DNA of 64,000 nucleotides from Botryllus schlosseri. Its lineage: Eukaryota. Numbering within the stretch: the stretch's first letter is position 1; each line of letters opens with the position of its first letter. Location: positions 1,798,001 to 1,862,000 of the forward strand of contig CM119376.1 of the NCBI GenBank assembly GCA_051294905.1. Reading direction: 5' to 3'. The notes beneath the pieces are model-generated. The model was not told where the DNA came from. It did no database searches and worked only from the letters and a program-made list of their open reading frames with translations. Both the position numbers and the translations under genes were made by a program. Positions 60,867-64,000 of the stretch are shown here, piece by piece.

Positions 60867-63800
60867 CAGTGACGTGCGGTGAGGTTCGTGGTTGGGGAGG
60901 CACGGACCCCCCCCCACACACACACACAAACACGCACGCACGCGAGATATTCAGTTTTAATCGATTTATTACAGATTACTCAACGAAAAGTATGAAAAGA
61001 AACACAAGAAATATTATTCAAGAACTTAATTTCGGTATTATTGGAACGGACACTGTTTGTGGACATTATTTGTAAATAAAGTCCATGCGCCTATCCTTTG
61101 CCACAAAAATTTCTGTGACTTCGTTGTAAAAGTCCTCCTTGTTCTCCTTCAGTTTCAAAAGTCTCTTCGCCTCAATTGAGATGAGGGCCAAAGAGGAAAG
61201 TCGCCCTGAATCGGTCCTATTTCGACTGTATGTCTTGAGTCTTTTTAACGCAGAGAAAGACCTTTCCACTGACGCTGTAGTAGCTGGCACAGTTAGCACC
61301 AGTTGGAGCAACTTTGTGGCCTCTGGAACCGTCTGAAGCAGATTCCTCACTGTTTGCGAGCTGTACAGTCCGATGAGGTCAGTCTTTAGTCTAACAAAGT
61401 CAAAAAACTTTGCAAATTTTGACAGGCTCTGTAGTTTGGTGTCATCAAAATGTCGTGACATCTCATTAAATTTTGTACAGTCGACCAAACCGAGGAAAGC
61501 TAGCTCCCCAAAATGATCGAACCTAGCTTTCATTTGAACAAGGATGTTATCCAGAATGCTGTAGAACATTCGTTTTCTCTCATCTCTGACCGACTGATTT
61601 CTTCCGCTATCGGTTAGTTCAAGTCTACTGCATTTCTGTTCAAATCGCTGGTACATCATGTTAAACTCTCTTCTCATGCGTTCAACAGCTTCGATGGTGT
61701 CCTGGATTCGCGCACAACAATAGCCAATGTCCATGACCTTGTTTTGCAACACTCTAAAAAGCGCATCGGTTTCACAAAATACGTCTTCATATGCCATAAT
61801 TAAAAAGCATGTTGGTGCTTTTGTCAGCCAACGATAATATCCAGCGGCCATCATTTGAGTTTCATTATCCCAATTGTCAGGATTCTCAATAATGATACGA
61901 AATACGGCACGCATATCAGATTGGTACATGCTTGTTGTCGGTAGCAGGCGGGAATTTGAACTCCATCTTGTGGACGCTGCTCTTGGTAAGCGCCGTTTCA
62001 CAACTTCATCCAATAAACGGGTGCGCTTCGAGGATTTGCTAAAAAATGACCCTAGTCCCTCAAGTGTTTTAAAAAACGCTCTGCTCTCAGGCATACATTT
62101 TGCTGAATGCTGGAGCACAAGGTTAAGTTTGTGTGCATAGCAGTGTGTGAACATGGCCTCTGGTACTTTTTCTTTAATTTTAGCTTGCACTCCATTAAGC
62201 TCTGATGCCATCACAGCAGCCCCGTCATATGTCTGAGCTACTAGCTTTTCGACACAGCTGTATTTTTTCAATACACCCAAGACATACGAAGCTACCGCAG
62301 AGGCTCGTCTGTCCTCACTTACGTCATCAAATCCCAAAAAGGCCTCCTTGACTTCACAGTCAAATCCCCTTTTTTCTACATAGCGTATAATAACAGAGAT
62401 CTGTGCTTTATTTGTGACATCCGTTGTCTCGTCTACCTCTACAGCGACAAATTTGGCAGCATTAATCTCACTTTTTATATCATTACGAAATACATCACCG
62501 ACTGCCTCAATTAAATCATTCTGCGTTCGATTTGACAAGCCAGAAAACACACTGGATGTCTCCAAATGTCTTGCCAACCTTTCATCTTTCTCGGCAAAAG
62601 CATGTAACAGCTCTACATAATTGCCGCGATTAGTAGAGCTTGCCTTCTCATTGTTGCCTCGAAATGCTATCTCCTGTTTACCTAAGAAGCAGGTTGCATT
62701 AATCAGGTCTTTTAAAATATCTCGGTTTTCCGTTACTTTTTGCATTGTGGATGCTAATATCGAGTCTCCGCTGTTCGTTCAAAGCCGTATCGATCCTGGA
62801 ATTTCCGAAATATTTTGCGGAAATCGTGCTTTGAATGTGAGTTGTCGATCTCTCATGTCTGCTGAGGCTTCGTGGCAAATTTTTCAAGTCACAATATCCC
62901 GTGGTAGTCCAGACATTGTTAGAAGTTGAAAACAAAAGGCAGGGAAAGCAGTAAAGACGATTTTTTAAAGCGCAGCCACACAGCCATTCTTTTCGGGTAT
63001 ACCAGTCCGATTGAAAAGTGCGCATTTTCTTCTTTCCCATATTTTGAAGCAAACCTTTTAGTTGCGGCGTTGGTCTTCCGTTGCTGATCACTTCTATTTT
63101 TGCGCGAAACTCCAGTTTTGAGAAATCCCGAAGCTTGGATATATAATCCTCTTCCATTTTGGGAGCCCCAAGCGCGCTGTTTAATCACTGCGGTTCTGTA
63201 TTTGATCAGCAAAACTAAATATGTCACTCACTATTATCACACCTAAATGATTAGACATCAGCCAGCCTGTGACAAATCAGGGTGATATTCATGATTGGGG
63301 ATAGAGATGTCATTAGAATCGACCTGGTGTAAATAACTATTGCAGTCGAAAACACAATAAACGACCACAAACAACGACAACGCAGGCTATGTAAGTACAT
63401 CAATCACATATCACAATTTAAGGTTATACAGCTATTGAATTTGAACACAGCATCAAGGCCACAAAAAACGACAATAGGCTATGCTAGTAGCTATCACATA
63501 CCACAATTTAACGTATCTATGGATGGGAAATACATAACATATATATTTGTCGTCGCTACTATGCAATTCCTACAAGACTGTTGGATTCCGAAATCGATAG
63601 AGCGTTTCACTTTGCTGCAATTGTCCGATTGTTAGCGAATAGTGCATGAGCTAGATTCGTTTGTGCCTCCTCTGGCCATTGTTTTTCTGCGTTGGCATTG
63701 TCTATAATAAAGCCGACTGTCACCTTCTTTGACGATTTTTGGGGAGTTCTGGTGCTCTGACACTGCTAATATTTGGATTTTCAGAATCAGTGCGACGATA

Positions 63801-64000
63801 GCATTTGATTGATACCAATTATTATGAATTCCGAGCTATTTATGATGAATTGCATTGTTCCAAGTGAGGCACGACCCGCCCGTGCCTCACCCGTGCCTCA
63901 CCCGTGCCTCACCTCTCCTTTCGCGCTGTATTTTTGAATAATAATGAGGCAAATTGATGATATTGGGTGAAAAAATGTTCAGATTTAGTTATTTATGAAC
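60867..64000 (-). mobile_element. hAT DNA transposon (ZMYM1-like transposase), other end beyond the window
   Basis: Terminus cagtgacgtgcggtgagg at 60867 interrupts a 26398-family MITE arm right after atatgtca; gtgcctcac subterminal repeats at 63882-63913. Confidence 0.85.
61066..63157 (-). pseudogene. hAT transposase (~696 aa if repaired): TTF-type Zn finger, DUF4371-like region, DDE core, dimerisation domain; one +1 frameshift
   Basis: WLCGCALKNRLYCFPCLLF, DETTD, QTYDGAAVM, HCYAHKLNL, TRWSS, ASVERSFSALKRLK; ORFs 63157-62699 and 62745-61066 fuse if one T is removed from T5 at 62737-62741. Confidence 0.92.

Overview
Eukaryotic (animal) genomic DNA, AT-rich and dense in transposons. It looks like an invertebrate chordate, probably an ascidian, but this is inference and cannot be proven from the window. 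Hand-splicing gives four genes: WDR26 (+, 5'-truncated, 12 coding exons, 702-17811); CNIH4 (-, 4 exons, 18485-20361), tail-to-tail with WDR26; an unidentified single-coding-exon 311-aa ORF (-, 22847-23782); and WDR20 (+, 10 coding exons, 30771-48861). Introns and intergenic DNA hold many non-autonomous DNA transposons with visible 8-bp TSDs (hAT type), a TTAA-flanked piggyBac-type element, tRNA-derived SINEs and a 36-37 bp minisatellite. The most striking structure is a five-level transposon nest at about 52.6-60.4 kb. Its core is a 4.5-kb foldback element with ~1.15-kb terminal inverted repeats, a 7-bp TSD and a P-element transposase remnant (QDVLEAFFG), i.e. Galileo-like, inserted into the terminus of a related element. 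The window ends inside a nearly intact hAT transposon whose transposase has one homopolymer frameshift. Most short ORFs in the supplied track are spurious. All protein family calls rest on recalled sequences and motifs, not database searches.
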